Positions 18,249 to 27,302 of a stretch of DNA of 64,000 nucleotides are shown one piece after another. Location of the stretch: positions 17,617 through 81,616 of the forward strand of contig JACPRD010000003.1 in assembly GCA_016190145.1 (NCBI GenBank). Direction: 5' to 3'. A program made the translations under genes and the position numbers. Source of the stretch: Planctomycetota bacterium. Its GTDB lineage: Bacteria > Planctomycetota > MHYJ01 > WSZJ01. How positions within the stretch are numbered: position 1 is the first letter of the stretch; each line of letters begins with the position of its first letter. The notes beneath the pieces are model-generated. The model saw only the letters and a list, made by a program, of their open reading frames with translations. It was not told the origin of the DNA and made no database searches.

Positions 18249-19205
18249 GTGCGGCGTGCGGCCATCTATCATGTCGCCGTGGATGGAAAGGTGCTGCCGG
18301 GGCGTTCGCGCGCGAGTCGGGAGACGCCGATCGCGCTCGTGATCGGGCCGCTCGTCGTTCTGATCGGCCTGATCGCGCTCGCGGGGGCGCTGAGGGGCGT
18401 CCGCCCGCGGCAGGAGCATGAGCTTCCCCAGCACCCCGCGGTCCTTGTCGGAACCGCGCTACTGGCATCGGCGGTCGGCGTCTGGATATTCGCGGAAGGG
18501 TTGCGGGCGTCGCGCGAGGCGCCACGCCGGTGGAGCGTGCTGAGCCGGGTACCGCCGACGGCCTGGCACGCCGACTACTCCTGGGACGCGACCGGGACGC
18601 GGGATGAGACGCTGCGCGACGCCATCGGGCCGCTCGGAGTCGGTATCGCGATGGCGCTGCTGATGGCGCCCTACACTGAAGTCGCCTTCTTCTTCCCCGA
18701 TTCGAACTGGAAGAAGCGGGCGATCATGACCGCGGGCAACCTCGTCGCAGTCGGATTTCTCGCGTACGGCCTGTATCTCGGGGCCCGGCGCGTGCGCTTC
18801 GGCCAATCTTCGCTGGCGTTCGCTTCCTTCCCGTTCTTCCTCGGCGGACCGCTGGACGTGGTCTTCCGGACCTCGGCGAGCGCGCGGGAATTCCACATGC
18901 TCGAGGTCACGCTTCGCTGCATCGAGGAGCGGCGGGAGGACACGTTCGGCAGGAACGAATTCGTCCGCCGGGAAATCTGGATGGCCGGGCAGACGGTGCC
19001 GCGTCCGTCCGATCCGATGCGGCTGTTGTTCGAGCTGCCCGGGGACCCCGCGCTCGCGACGCGCCTCTCGGCGCCCGAGCCGCGTTACTGGGAACTCGAC
19101 GTCGCCGGCCGGCGCCCCGGACTCGACTTCCATGCGACATTCCTCGTCCCCGTGTACGCGCCGCTTTCGGAGGCCGCCGCGCGGCGCGCTCCTGGACCTC
19201 AATGA
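18249..19205 (+). CDS. Hypothetical membrane protein (about 4 TM helices plus a C-terminal soluble domain)
   Basis: Hydrophobic helices include IALVIGPLVVLIGLIALAG, AVLVGTALLASAVGVWIF, IGPLGVGIAMALLMAP and GNLVAVGFLAYGLYL. The GTG start is uncertain. Confidence 0.65.
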   Translation: MRRAAIYHVAVDGKVLPGRSRASRETPIALVIGPLVVLIGLIALAGALRGVRPRQEHELPQHPAVLVGTALLASAVGVWIFAEGLRASREAPRRWSVLSRVPPTAWHADYSWDATGTRDETLRDAIGPLGVGIAMALLMAPYTEVAFFFPDSNWKKRAIMTAGNLVAVGFLAYGLYLGARRVRFGQSSLAFASFPFFLGGPLDVVFRTSASAREFHMLEVTLRCIEERREDTFGRNEFVRREIWMAGQTVPRPSDPMRLLFELPGDPALATRLSAPEPRYWELDVAGRRPGLDFHATFLVPVYAPLSEAAARRAPGPQ

Positions 19206-19307
19206 AGATCCCGCCGCCACACCGCTTTCGAGACTTCTTCGGAATCGCCTTCGGACTTTTCGCCCCGGCGGCATCATAGAATCGACTCTCCGATTGCGGG
19301 TGCCGCG

Positions 19308-22300
19308 ATGATCGACTTCAAAACGCTCGTGCACGACCACCATGCCGTGCTGTACCGGATCGCGCTGGGGATCCTGCGCGATTCCTCCTCGGCCGAGGAC
19401 GCCGTCCAGGAGGTGTACCTGGACCTGCTGCGGCGGCCGGGGGAAGCGGCGGAGTCCCGGCATCTGAGAGCCTGGCTGGCGCGGTGCGTGATTCACCGGG
19501 CGCTGATGCAGCGCCGCGCGGCGGGCCGGCGCGACCGGCGGGAGGCTCTGTGCGTGCGGGAGGTGGCGGTGGATCCGATTCGCGAGGCGGAGCGGCGCGA
19601 GCTGCGGGTGATGGTCGAAGCCCTTCCGGAAGACCAGCGGCTGGCCGTGGACCTCCACTATCTGCGGGGGTTCAGTCTCGAGGAGGCCGCGTCGGCGCTG
19701 GCGGTGTCGGACCGGACGGTGTCGGCGCGGCTCAAGGCGGGGCTGGAGCGGCTGCGGGCGGCGCTGGCGGGCGCGGGGTTCGTGCTGCTGGCGGCCTCGC
19801 TGGAGACGGAGCTGTCGGCGGGCGAGCCGGCGCCGGTGCCGGCGGGAATGGAGGAGCGGCTTCTGGGACTGCCGGCGAGGACGGGGGCCGGGCGGGCGGA
19901 GGGAAGCGGAGGTTCGCGGGTCGTGGCGGTGCCGCTGGCGGCGGCGATCCTGGTGTGTCTGTTCTTCCTGATCGACCGGCGGGGAAGGCCGGCGGACGCG
20001 GGCGGGCCGGCGGCTGCGGCGGCCGGCGGAGGCGAAGCGGCTTCGGCCGGGCCGGACGCGGACCGGGGAAGGGCACGTGCGTCGGGCGAGCTGGACCGGT
20101 CGTCGACGGTCCGCGGCGTCGTCGTGGACGCGCGCGGAGTTCCGGTGGCGGGCGCGGCGGTGAGGCTCGAGGAACAGGAACTGAGCCGGCTCCCGGGCAC
20201 CTGCGTCGCGCGCGTCAACGGCGGCCGGCCGGGCCGCGCGACGACGTCCGGCCCGGACGGAAGGTTCTCGATCCCCGCGGGGCATGGCCGGATCGACGTC
20301 AGCGTGGAAGCCCGAGGGCGCGCGCCGGTGACGCTTCTCGACTGCTCGGCCGACGACGACCTCCGGATCGTGCTGCCGGACGCCCGCGCCCTGCGCGTGA
20401 AGGTGGCGGCCGAGGACGGCGGGCCGATCGGCGGCGCGCGGGTCGTCGTCATGCCGAACGTTCACACGTTCGCGACGCTGGACCTGGACGCGCGGCTCGT
20501 GCCGACGACGTGCGACGCGAACGAGCTGATGTTCCGCGCGGAGGCGTCGACGGACGCCGCGGGCGTGGCGTCCTTCGCGGGCCTCCCCGATCGCGAGTGC
20601 GCACTGGTTTCCGTCCGGCACCCGGAATTCGTCGAGTCGATGGTCCCGGTCGCGCTGCGGGAGCGCGACGTCCTGGAGGTCGTGCTTTCTCCAGGAAGCG
20701 ACATCGCCGGCCGCGTGCTCGACACGACCGGGTCCCCGGTTCCCGGCGCGACCGTCGTCTGCCGCCGCATGGACGGCGACGAGATCGGCATGGTTCTCGG
20801 AGACTCCGTGCGTTCCGGCGAGGACGGCTCGTTCCACTTCCGCAATGCCCCCGAAGGCCGCCGCTACTTCTGGTGCCGCGCCCCCGGCTTCGCGCCGTTC
20901 CGCGGGGTTTCGAACCATTCGCCGGTGGAGATCCGGCTCGAGCGCGGCGTCTCCGTGAGTGGCCGCGTCGTCGACGACTGCGGCGAACCGGTCCCCGGCG
21001 CGCTCGTCGGCGCCGCCGCGCTCACGGCGCAGAGCGTCCAGGGCTTTTCGCCCGTCCAGGCAGGCGCGGACGGGCGTTTCACCATCCCCGACCTCCCCCG
21101 CGGCCTGCCGCTTCGCCTCGAGGCCACGGCCCCCGGCGCGGCGCGCGTCCTCCGCGAGTTCCCGGCGCAGGACGGCGAGGCGCTCGACGCGGGCGACATC
21201 GCGCTCGGCACGGGCGCGATTCTGTCCGGGCGCGTGTCCTTCGAGGACGGCTCGCCCGCCGCGCGCCTGGAGCTCCTGCTCACCGGCCACGCGGACGAAA
21301 TCTGGGGTCTGCCGATGGACGGCCGCCCGTGGGTCCATCGCGACGTCGCGGAGGAAGCCGTCTGCGACGCCGACGGGCGGTATCGGTTCGCCGACCTCGC
21401 CCCCGGCCCCTACGTCCTCTCCTTCCGCCCCGAGGGGTGGCCGAACGGCGAGCGCCCCGTCCGGATCGCTCCCGGCGCGGCGCGCGAGTCGCTCGAGATC
21501 GTGCTCGACGGCGGATGGCCGTTGAACGTCGAGGCCGTGGACGACACGGGCGCGGCGGTCGCGGGGCTCGAGCTGGTCGCGTCCTGCGAGGGCGGCGTTC
21601 TGCGCGGACGGACCGACGAACATGGCCGCCTGCGCCTCCGCCCGACGGGCGAGTCGGCGTGGATCTGGGTTTTTGATCGCGACCTTTACACGGGTCTCGA
21701 GGATCTGAAAGTCCGCGCCGGCTCGGGCACGGCCCGGCTCGTTCTGCCGTCGCCTCGGAAGATCTCCGGCCGGGTGCTCATGGCCGACGGCAGCCCCGCC
21801 GCGGCCGAAGTCAAGTTCGCGCAGGCCGGCTTCCCCCCCCCGTTCCTCAGCAGCGACGCCGTCGAAACCGGGGAGGACGGCGCCTTCGAAATCGAAGTCC
21901 GCTCCGCGGCGCCCGTCGACCTCCACGCGAAAGTCCGCTTCCCCGAATCGAGCCGCGACGGCGGCACCCGATCTCCCTACGCCTGCGTCGTGGTCCGCGC
22001 AGGCGTCGCCCCCGGATCCACCGGAATCGAACTGCGCGCACCCGACATCGCGATCGACGGCAGCGTCACCGTCGTCGTCCAGAATCCGGAGGGCGCCCCG
22101 CTTGCCGGCGCCACCGTGGGCATCGACGATTTCGGCCTCGGCGACGCCGGCCTCCTCGCCGAGGTCGCCACCGACGAGAAAGGCGAAGTCCGCGTGCAGG
22201 GCCTGCCCCGCACACGCCTGCGCGCCTGGGCCCAGCTGCCGGACGGCATCGACGGCGAAATCGGCAGCGCCGAGCTCGTCGTCGTCCCGGATGGACAGAC

Positions 22301-22589
22301 CATCACGCTCCGCCTTCCCCGGCAGCTCCCCGTCACCGGCCGCGTCGTCGATGAGGCCGGAGAGCCCTGCCGCGATCTCCAGGTCGTGGTCTACGCCGGC
22401 GGCGAGTGGATCAACTCCATCCACACCGGCGAGGACGGCCGCTTCGAAATCTGGATCCCCCAGGACCTCCGCGCCGTCCAGCTCCGCGTCGGCGTCGAGT
22501 CGCGGTCGGAAGATCTCGGCGTGTTCGACGACGTCGATCCGCGGGCGTTCCAGAATCTTCGGGTGAAGCGTCCGAAGACGTCGCGCTAA
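19308..22589 (+). CDS. ECF-type sigma factor fused to a TM helix and ~8 CarboxypepD_reg-like repeats (membrane-tethered sigma)
   Basis: Region 2 is AEDAVQEVYLDLL...RAWLARCVIHRAL. Region 4 is LPEDQRLAVDLHYLRGFSLEEAASALAVSDRTVSARLKAGLERLR. The TM is VVAVPLAAAILVCLFFLI. Repeated G(R/V)V.D..G.PV.GA.V units follow. Confidence 0.85.
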   Translation: MIDFKTLVHDHHAVLYRIALGILRDSSSAEDAVQEVYLDLLRRPGEAAESRHLRAWLARCVIHRALMQRRAAGRRDRREALCVREVAVDPIREAERRELRVMVEALPEDQRLAVDLHYLRGFSLEEAASALAVSDRTVSARLKAGLERLRAALAGAGFVLLAASLETELSAGEPAPVPAGMEERLLGLPARTGAGRAEGSGGSRVVAVPLAAAILVCLFFLIDRRGRPADAGGPAAAAAGGGEAASAGPDADRGRARASGELDRSSTVRGVVVDARGVPVAGAAVRLEEQELSRLPGTCVARVNGGRPGRATTSGPDGRFSIPAGHGRIDVSVEARGRAPVTLLDCSADDDLRIVLPDARALRVKVAAEDGGPIGGARVVVMPNVHTFATLDLDARLVPTTCDANELMFRAEASTDAAGVASFAGLPDRECALVSVRHPEFVESMVPVALRERDVLEVVLSPGSDIAGRVLDTTGSPVPGATVVCRRMDGDEIGMVLGDSVRSGEDGSFHFRNAPEGRRYFWCRAPGFAPFRGVSNHSPVEIRLERGVSVSGRVVDDCGEPVPGALVGAAALTAQSVQGFSPVQAGADGRFTIPDLPRGLPLRLEATAPGAARVLREFPAQDGEALDAGDIALGTGAILSGRVSFEDGSPAARLELLLTGHADEIWGLPMDGRPWVHRDVAEEAVCDADGRYRFADLAPGPYVLSFRPEGWPNGERPVRIAPGAARESLEIVLDGGWPLNVEAVDDTGAAVAGLELVASCEGGVLRGRTDEHGRLRLRPTGESAWIWVFDRDLYTGLEDLKVRAGSGTARLVLPSPRKISGRVLMADGSPAAAEVKFAQAGFPPPFLSSDAVETGEDGAFEIEVRSAAPVDLHAKVRFPESSRDGGTRSPYACVVVRAGVAPGSTGIELRAPDIAIDGSVTVVVQNPEGAPLAGATVGIDDFGLGDAGLLAEVATDEKGEVRVQGLPRTRLRAWAQLPDGIDGEIGSAELVVVPDGQTITLRLPRQLPVTGRVVDEAGEPCRDLQVVVYAGGEWINSIHTGEDGRFEIWIPQDLRAVQLRVGVESRSEDLGVFDDVDPRAFQNLRVKRPKTSR

Positions 22590-22806
22590 GCGGACTTGGG
22601 TAATTTCCTTCCGACATGTCTTGACCCGGATTACGGCACCCTTCGACTCGCCCTGCGGGCTCGCTCAGGGTAAGCCGGGCCGGCGGAAAGCTCCCGCCGG
22701 TCCGAACGGACATCATCGGCCCGGCTTAGCAGGTCGGCTGCGGCGGGACGAAGACCGGCGCCGGATTCGGCGCCACCCGTGGTATCGTCCGAACTCACGG
22801 CCTCAC

Positions 22807-23724
22807 ATGAACGACCACGACGACTGGATTCGATACCTGCTCGAGCGCGGCCTGCTGTCGAAGGAGCAGGCGGCGCAGGTCGACTGCCTCCGCGGGCAGC
22901 CCTCCGATTTTTCCGGCCCCGCGGAAGGATCTCCCCCTTCAACGCCGCGGACGCCGGCGCCGCCGGCACTGGTTGCCTGCGCGCCTTGCGGGCAGGTGTT
23001 CACCGTGGCGGGTCTGAACCCGGAACAGCCCCCGGCGTGCCCGAGGTGCGGCGGGACGACCCGGCCGGTGTCCCTGGGCGGCCGGCTGGAACAGGCGTCG
23101 CCGTCCGCCTCTGCCCGCGAGCCGGAAGACCGGCCGTTCGGTCGCTACCGGCTCCGGCGCGAACTGGGCCGCGGGGGCATGGGCGCCGTCGTCGGGACGC
23201 CGCACTACATGTCACCGGAGCAGGCCTCGGGCGGATCGAACCGGATCGGCCCGCCGTCGGACGTCTTCAGCTTCGGCGTCATCCTCTACCGCGCCCTGTC
23301 GGGCCGCCTGCCGTTCCCGGGAGATGTCGTCGACGCGCTTCACGCCACCCTGCACGCGCATCCCCAGCCCCCCGAGCGACCGGGCGCGCGCATCTCGCGC
23401 GCGGCAAAGGCGGTCTGCCTCAAGTGCCTCGAGAAGGACCCCGCGAAGCGCTACCCGGACGGCGGCGCGCTGGTCGCCGAAATGCGCAGCCTGGCGGACG
23501 GCGAGGACGTCAAGGCGAGGATGCCGGAAACGCGACGCCGGCCGCGGGCGACCGTGCAGGCGCGGCAGCCGACGCACGCGCCTCGGCGGATCTGGCGGGG
23601 CCGCAGGATCGCGAACGCCGGGAGGCGGAGGAGTTCCTGGCGTCCCTCGGGCCGTGAACGCGGCGCCGTCCAAGCTCCTCGCGGCGGGCAATATCCCGGA
23701 CGCACGGGCGTTGATCTGACATGA
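22807..23724 (+). CDS. Kinase-derived protein: zinc ribbon plus a Hanks kinase domain lacking subdomains II-VII (in-frame core deletion)
   Basis: The N-terminus is MNDHDDWIRYLLERGLLSKEQ, as in neighbouring kinases. It has CAPCG...CPRCGG. LGRGGMGAV runs directly into VGTPHYMSPEQ, then SDVFSFGVILY and KCLEKDPAKRY. There is no VAIK, HRD or DFG. The stop overlaps the next ATG (ATGA). Confidence 0.6.
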   Translation: MNDHDDWIRYLLERGLLSKEQAAQVDCLRGQPSDFSGPAEGSPPSTPRTPAPPALVACAPCGQVFTVAGLNPEQPPACPRCGGTTRPVSLGGRLEQASPSASAREPEDRPFGRYRLRRELGRGGMGAVVGTPHYMSPEQASGGSNRIGPPSDVFSFGVILYRALSGRLPFPGDVVDALHATLHAHPQPPERPGARISRAAKAVCLKCLEKDPAKRYPDGGALVAEMRSLADGEDVKARMPETRRRPRATVQARQPTHAPRRIWRGRRIANAGRRRSSWRPSGRERGAVQAPRGGQYPGRTGVDLT

Positions 23725-25601
23725 AATTTGCGATCCTGGCCGCGATGCTGCTCGCGGGAATCTGCCGTGCGGAGGAGTGGACGCGGCCGCCGTGGCCGGA
23801 CGTCCTGCGCGACGAAGCCGCGCCGCCGGACTTCGACGCGCAACCCAAGCCGCGGCAGGCGGACGCCGCCGGGAATCCGGAGGGACGCGTGGCGTGGAGG
23901 CCCGGCGACTTCGCCCGCTATGTCGTGATCGAGTCCGTCGCCGTGCCCGGCACAAGACCCTTCCCCGACAAAGAGGGCCGGCCGGTCCTTCAGCTCCTCC
24001 CTCAGCGAGGCGCCGTCACGATGACGGTGCTGGGTCGCGAGGGCGACGGGTGGTGGCTGGAAGCGCGTGTCGAGCGGCCGGGGTTCTGGTTCGCGATGCC
24101 GCCGGTCGACGCCGAGGCCAAGACGCAATGGAGCCGCTGGATCGCGCGGCCGCGCCGGGCGGCGCTAAGGCTGTTCGTGGAAGGTCCGGCCCTGGGCGAG
24201 GTGAGGCGCTACCAGGTCACGATCGACGGCGCGGAGTGGATCGAGTTCCGCCGGCCGGACGGAATGGCCTTGCTCCCGAACAACGACTACTGGGACCTGT
24301 TCGTGAAACCGATCGCGGAAGCGAAGGGAGAATCGCCGGAGGGCTGGGCCCTCCACGCGGGCGTCCCCGTCACCGGCGTTCTCCGCGGCGAGTCGCGCGA
24401 CTCCTTCCGAGAGAGGCGCTTCGTACTCGTCGAGTCGGGCGCGGGACCCGCGGTCGCGGTGGAGCCGCCCGGGCACCTCGTGACGATCGACCCGGGGCTG
24501 ATCGTCGGAACGCTGGTTCCGCGAAAGGTCGAGAAGTGGGACATCGCGAACTTCACGGCCAGGCTCGGGGACGAGGACTTCAAGCGGATTCCCGCGCTCA
24601 TCGAGGCGGGTTTCAACTGGTTCGAGCCCGCCTGGCACGTCCATCACAAGGATCTGGGAAAGCGCAGCGCGCTGGCCGTTGAATTTCGCGCGGCGATGGC
24701 CCGCGCGCCGGCGTTCTGGGCTCAGCCCACGTCGTGCGAGATCGACGAGTTCGACCGCCTGCGCAGCAATTTCCTCGGCGGCTACGGCATTCTCGACGAG
24801 CCCATGGCGTACTTCTCCCCGCGCACGAAAAAGGGCGACGGCACGCCCCTCTCCGCCGCCGACCTGCTCGGCCGCTATCAGGAGTTCGTGCGCGGCTACG
24901 GCCGGAGCGATCCCTGGGGGGCGGATTCCTGGAAGCGCCCCATCATCTCCGCGAACTATCCGGCGGGCGTGGCGGCCTGCGACGCCGAGGCCACGCCCCT
25001 GATCGGCTTCGCCCTCGAGATCTTCGGCAAGTCGCAGCTCCAGCCGCTTCACGAGCTCAACCGCCGCGCCGGCACGTCGATCCCGCTCACCCAGGCGAAC
25101 GCCGTCTCGCTCGACGCCGCGTTCCTGCGCGGCGCGGCGTCGGTCCACGGCATGATCTGGGGCGCCTGCCTGTACCAGGGCACGTGGATGGGCGAGCGTG
25201 CCTCCCTCGTGAACGCGCTGCGCGCCCAGGGCGCCGGCCTCTTCCTCCTCTGGTCCTTCCACGACGACGCCCCGCTCGAGGACGACGAAGCCATGACGCT
25301 GGCGCGGGCGATCCGCGCGCACCGCGGCGCGCCGCCGAAGCCGGAGGTGGCGCTCGTCCTGCCCCGCGGCTTCTACATCCCCGCCGGCCTCTGGGCGCCG
25401 TCGGGCCCGAAACCCGTCGACGAGGAATTCGGGTTCTGGAAGGACCCTGTGAGCCGCGAGGATCTCGACCGCGCGCTCGGGCCGTTCGGGCGGGGAGCGG
25501 AGCGCCTGCTGAAGAACGGCACGGCGTTCGACGTCGTGCCGGATGGACCGGGGACGGAGCGTGCGCTGGGGAAATACAGGGACGTGAAGAAGTTTCGATA
25601 G
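23721..25601 (+). CDS. Hypothetical exported protein, 626 aa
   Basis: It has a signal peptide (MKFAILAAMLLAGICRA) and normal composition. I recognise no family with confidence. Confidence 0.8.
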   Translation: MKFAILAAMLLAGICRAEEWTRPPWPDVLRDEAAPPDFDAQPKPRQADAAGNPEGRVAWRPGDFARYVVIESVAVPGTRPFPDKEGRPVLQLLPQRGAVTMTVLGREGDGWWLEARVERPGFWFAMPPVDAEAKTQWSRWIARPRRAALRLFVEGPALGEVRRYQVTIDGAEWIEFRRPDGMALLPNNDYWDLFVKPIAEAKGESPEGWALHAGVPVTGVLRGESRDSFRERRFVLVESGAGPAVAVEPPGHLVTIDPGLIVGTLVPRKVEKWDIANFTARLGDEDFKRIPALIEAGFNWFEPAWHVHHKDLGKRSALAVEFRAAMARAPAFWAQPTSCEIDEFDRLRSNFLGGYGILDEPMAYFSPRTKKGDGTPLSAADLLGRYQEFVRGYGRSDPWGADSWKRPIISANYPAGVAACDAEATPLIGFALEIFGKSQLQPLHELNRRAGTSIPLTQANAVSLDAAFLRGAASVHGMIWGACLYQGTWMGERASLVNALRAQGAGLFLLWSFHDDAPLEDDEAMTLARAIRAHRGAPPKPEVALVLPRGFYIPAGLWAPSGPKPVDEEFGFWKDPVSREDLDRALGPFGRGAERLLKNGTAFDVVPDGPGTERALGKYRDVKKFR

Positions 25602-25631
25602 CGCCCGCGGCGAAGGTAGACTCGCACTTCG

Positions 25632-27302
25632 ATGATCCGCGTCACCTGCACGTGCGGCAAAAGATTCCGCGGACCCGACGCCGCGCGCGGACGGACGATC
25701 CGCTGCACGGGATGCGGGCGGTCGATCGCGGTGCCTGCGGACACACCGGCGACCGAAGGTGCGCGCGGGCCGGCGAGCGCGGCGCAGGCGATGGCGTCGC
25801 GGGTCGGCGCCGCGGCGGCGGAGCGTACGACGTTTGGGGAGCTCTGGTCGGCGCTGCGCAAACGCGCGCTCCACCTCGACTTCGTCCCGCCGCAGGAACA
25901 TCTGCGGCGGTGCATGCGGTGCTCTCTGACGACTTTCGACGTGCCGAAACCCTGCCCCAAATGCGGCGCCGCGACCATCGGCGTCCGGCTCGCCGACGTC
26001 AACAGCGGGCGTGACCGCTCGTGGCTCGTGGCGGTCGGCGCAATCGCGGCGGCGCGACGGCGGCTGTCGCTGTTCCGGCGGTGCGCGTTGCTCGTCGCCG
26101 TGCTCGCCGCCGCCGGCACGGGCGCGTGGCTCGCGGCGCGCGGCGCGCTCACGGGCAGGATCGTGTTCGGGCTGGGCGTGGCAGCGGCTCTGGCAGGCGC
26201 GCTCGCGTCGTACGCGGCCCTCCTGCTCGCCCGCCGCGCCCTCGAGGTTCTCCACCCCGTCCTGCGTGGAAGCGCCTCTCCCGACACCGCCGACGAGCGC
26301 CTCGTCGCCCAGGTCGAAGAGCGCTACCTCATCCCCTTCATCCAGCGCCACTCCGGATTCAGCCAGACCGCCGACCTCATTCCGGCCGACGAGATCGACC
26401 TTCTCCTCACGCTCGTCGCACGCCAGGGATTCACGCTTCGCCGCGAGCACATCTACGAGTTTCTCGCGGCGTGCGCCCTTCGCGCCGATTACCAGGAGTT
26501 CAAGGCCGAGTTCCTTCGCTTCGAACTCTCCAACCCCGATACTTTCGATGTCTACGCCTCGCTCTTCCCCTCCGCCGACGCCGACGCTTCCCGCCTGCCA
26601 TTCCTCCAGCAGTACCTCGACGAAGGCGCCCGCCGACCCGAAACGCAGGCGCTCTGGGCGCGCATCGAGGGAATCCGAAAAGAAAAACGCCTCGCGACGT
26701 TCGAGGCGGAGCTGGAGAAGAGCGCGCCCGCGTCGAAATCCGTGCGACTTGAGGACGTTGACCGGGTCGCGCCGGCGAACTTTCAGCTCCTGGTGGGTCT
26801 GATGTACCAGGCCGAGGGGCACGTCGTTCACGGGATGACCTCGACGGTCGATCGGCCGGCGGTGAGCGTGGCCGAGAAGACCGGGGAGAAAACGGCGGTG
26901 CTGGCGAAGCTCTCGAAGGAGCCGGTGGGGGAAGGCGTAGTGCGGGATCTCGCGGAGGCGCGGGACTACTACCGCTGCCGGAAGGCGGTGCTGGTGGCCA
27001 ACGCGGAGTTTTCGCAGGCTGCCGCGAAGGCCGCTTCTGAGAAGGATGTCCATCTCGCCGGCCGCGAGGAGCTCCGGAAGATGATCGATGTGTTCAACGC
27101 GGCGCCGCGGGAGTTCGCACGGCTGACGCTGATCCTCCAGCCCTGGGCGCCGGGCGTGGACGAGGAGCTGATGAGCTTCGAATTCAACGAAGCGCTGCAG
27201 CCGCGCTCCGCGTCCGAGAAAATGTCGTTCGATGCGGCGGACGACATGATTGCCCAGCTCAAGAAGAGGGCGAAGGCGCGCGAGGAAGCGGAGGGAGAAT
27301 GA
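25632..27302 (+). CDS. Zinc-ribbon / multi-TM protein with C-terminal restriction-endonuclease-like (Mrr_cat-like) domain
   Basis: Motifs seen: CTCGKRFRG...IRCTGCG and CMRC...CPKCG. The helices are WLVAVGAIAAA, CALLVAVLAAAGTGAWLAA and IVFGLGVAAALAGALASYAALLLA. The C-terminus reads ANFQLLVGLMYQAEGHVV...VDRPAVSV...TAVLAKL...AVLVANAEFSQAA...VHLAGREEL. Confidence 0.8.
   Translation: MIRVTCTCGKRFRGPDAARGRTIRCTGCGRSIAVPADTPATEGARGPASAAQAMASRVGAAAAERTTFGELWSALRKRALHLDFVPPQEHLRRCMRCSLTTFDVPKPCPKCGAATIGVRLADVNSGRDRSWLVAVGAIAAARRRLSLFRRCALLVAVLAAAGTGAWLAARGALTGRIVFGLGVAAALAGALASYAALLLARRALEVLHPVLRGSASPDTADERLVAQVEERYLIPFIQRHSGFSQTADLIPADEIDLLLTLVARQGFTLRREHIYEFLAACALRADYQEFKAEFLRFELSNPDTFDVYASLFPSADADASRLPFLQQYLDEGARRPETQALWARIEGIRKEKRLATFEAELEKSAPASKSVRLEDVDRVAPANFQLLVGLMYQAEGHVVHGMTSTVDRPAVSVAEKTGEKTAVLAKLSKEPVGEGVVRDLAEARDYYRCRKAVLVANAEFSQAAAKAASEKDVHLAGREELRKMIDVFNAAPREFARLTLILQPWAPGVDEELMSFEFNEALQPRSASEKMSFDAADDMIAQLKKRAKAREEAEGE

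Noticed and set aside
22590-22806. Small hairpins in the spacer after the first sigma fusion (ccggcgg-aaagctc-ccgccgg and ggcgcc-ggattc-ggcgcc), and the peptide-like translation RAPFDSPCGLAQGKP, which recalls widespread intergenic repeat elements.
   Set aside because: The stems are short (6-7 bp), have no U-tract, and have no second copy in the window. I cannot distinguish them from chance GC-rich self-complementarity.
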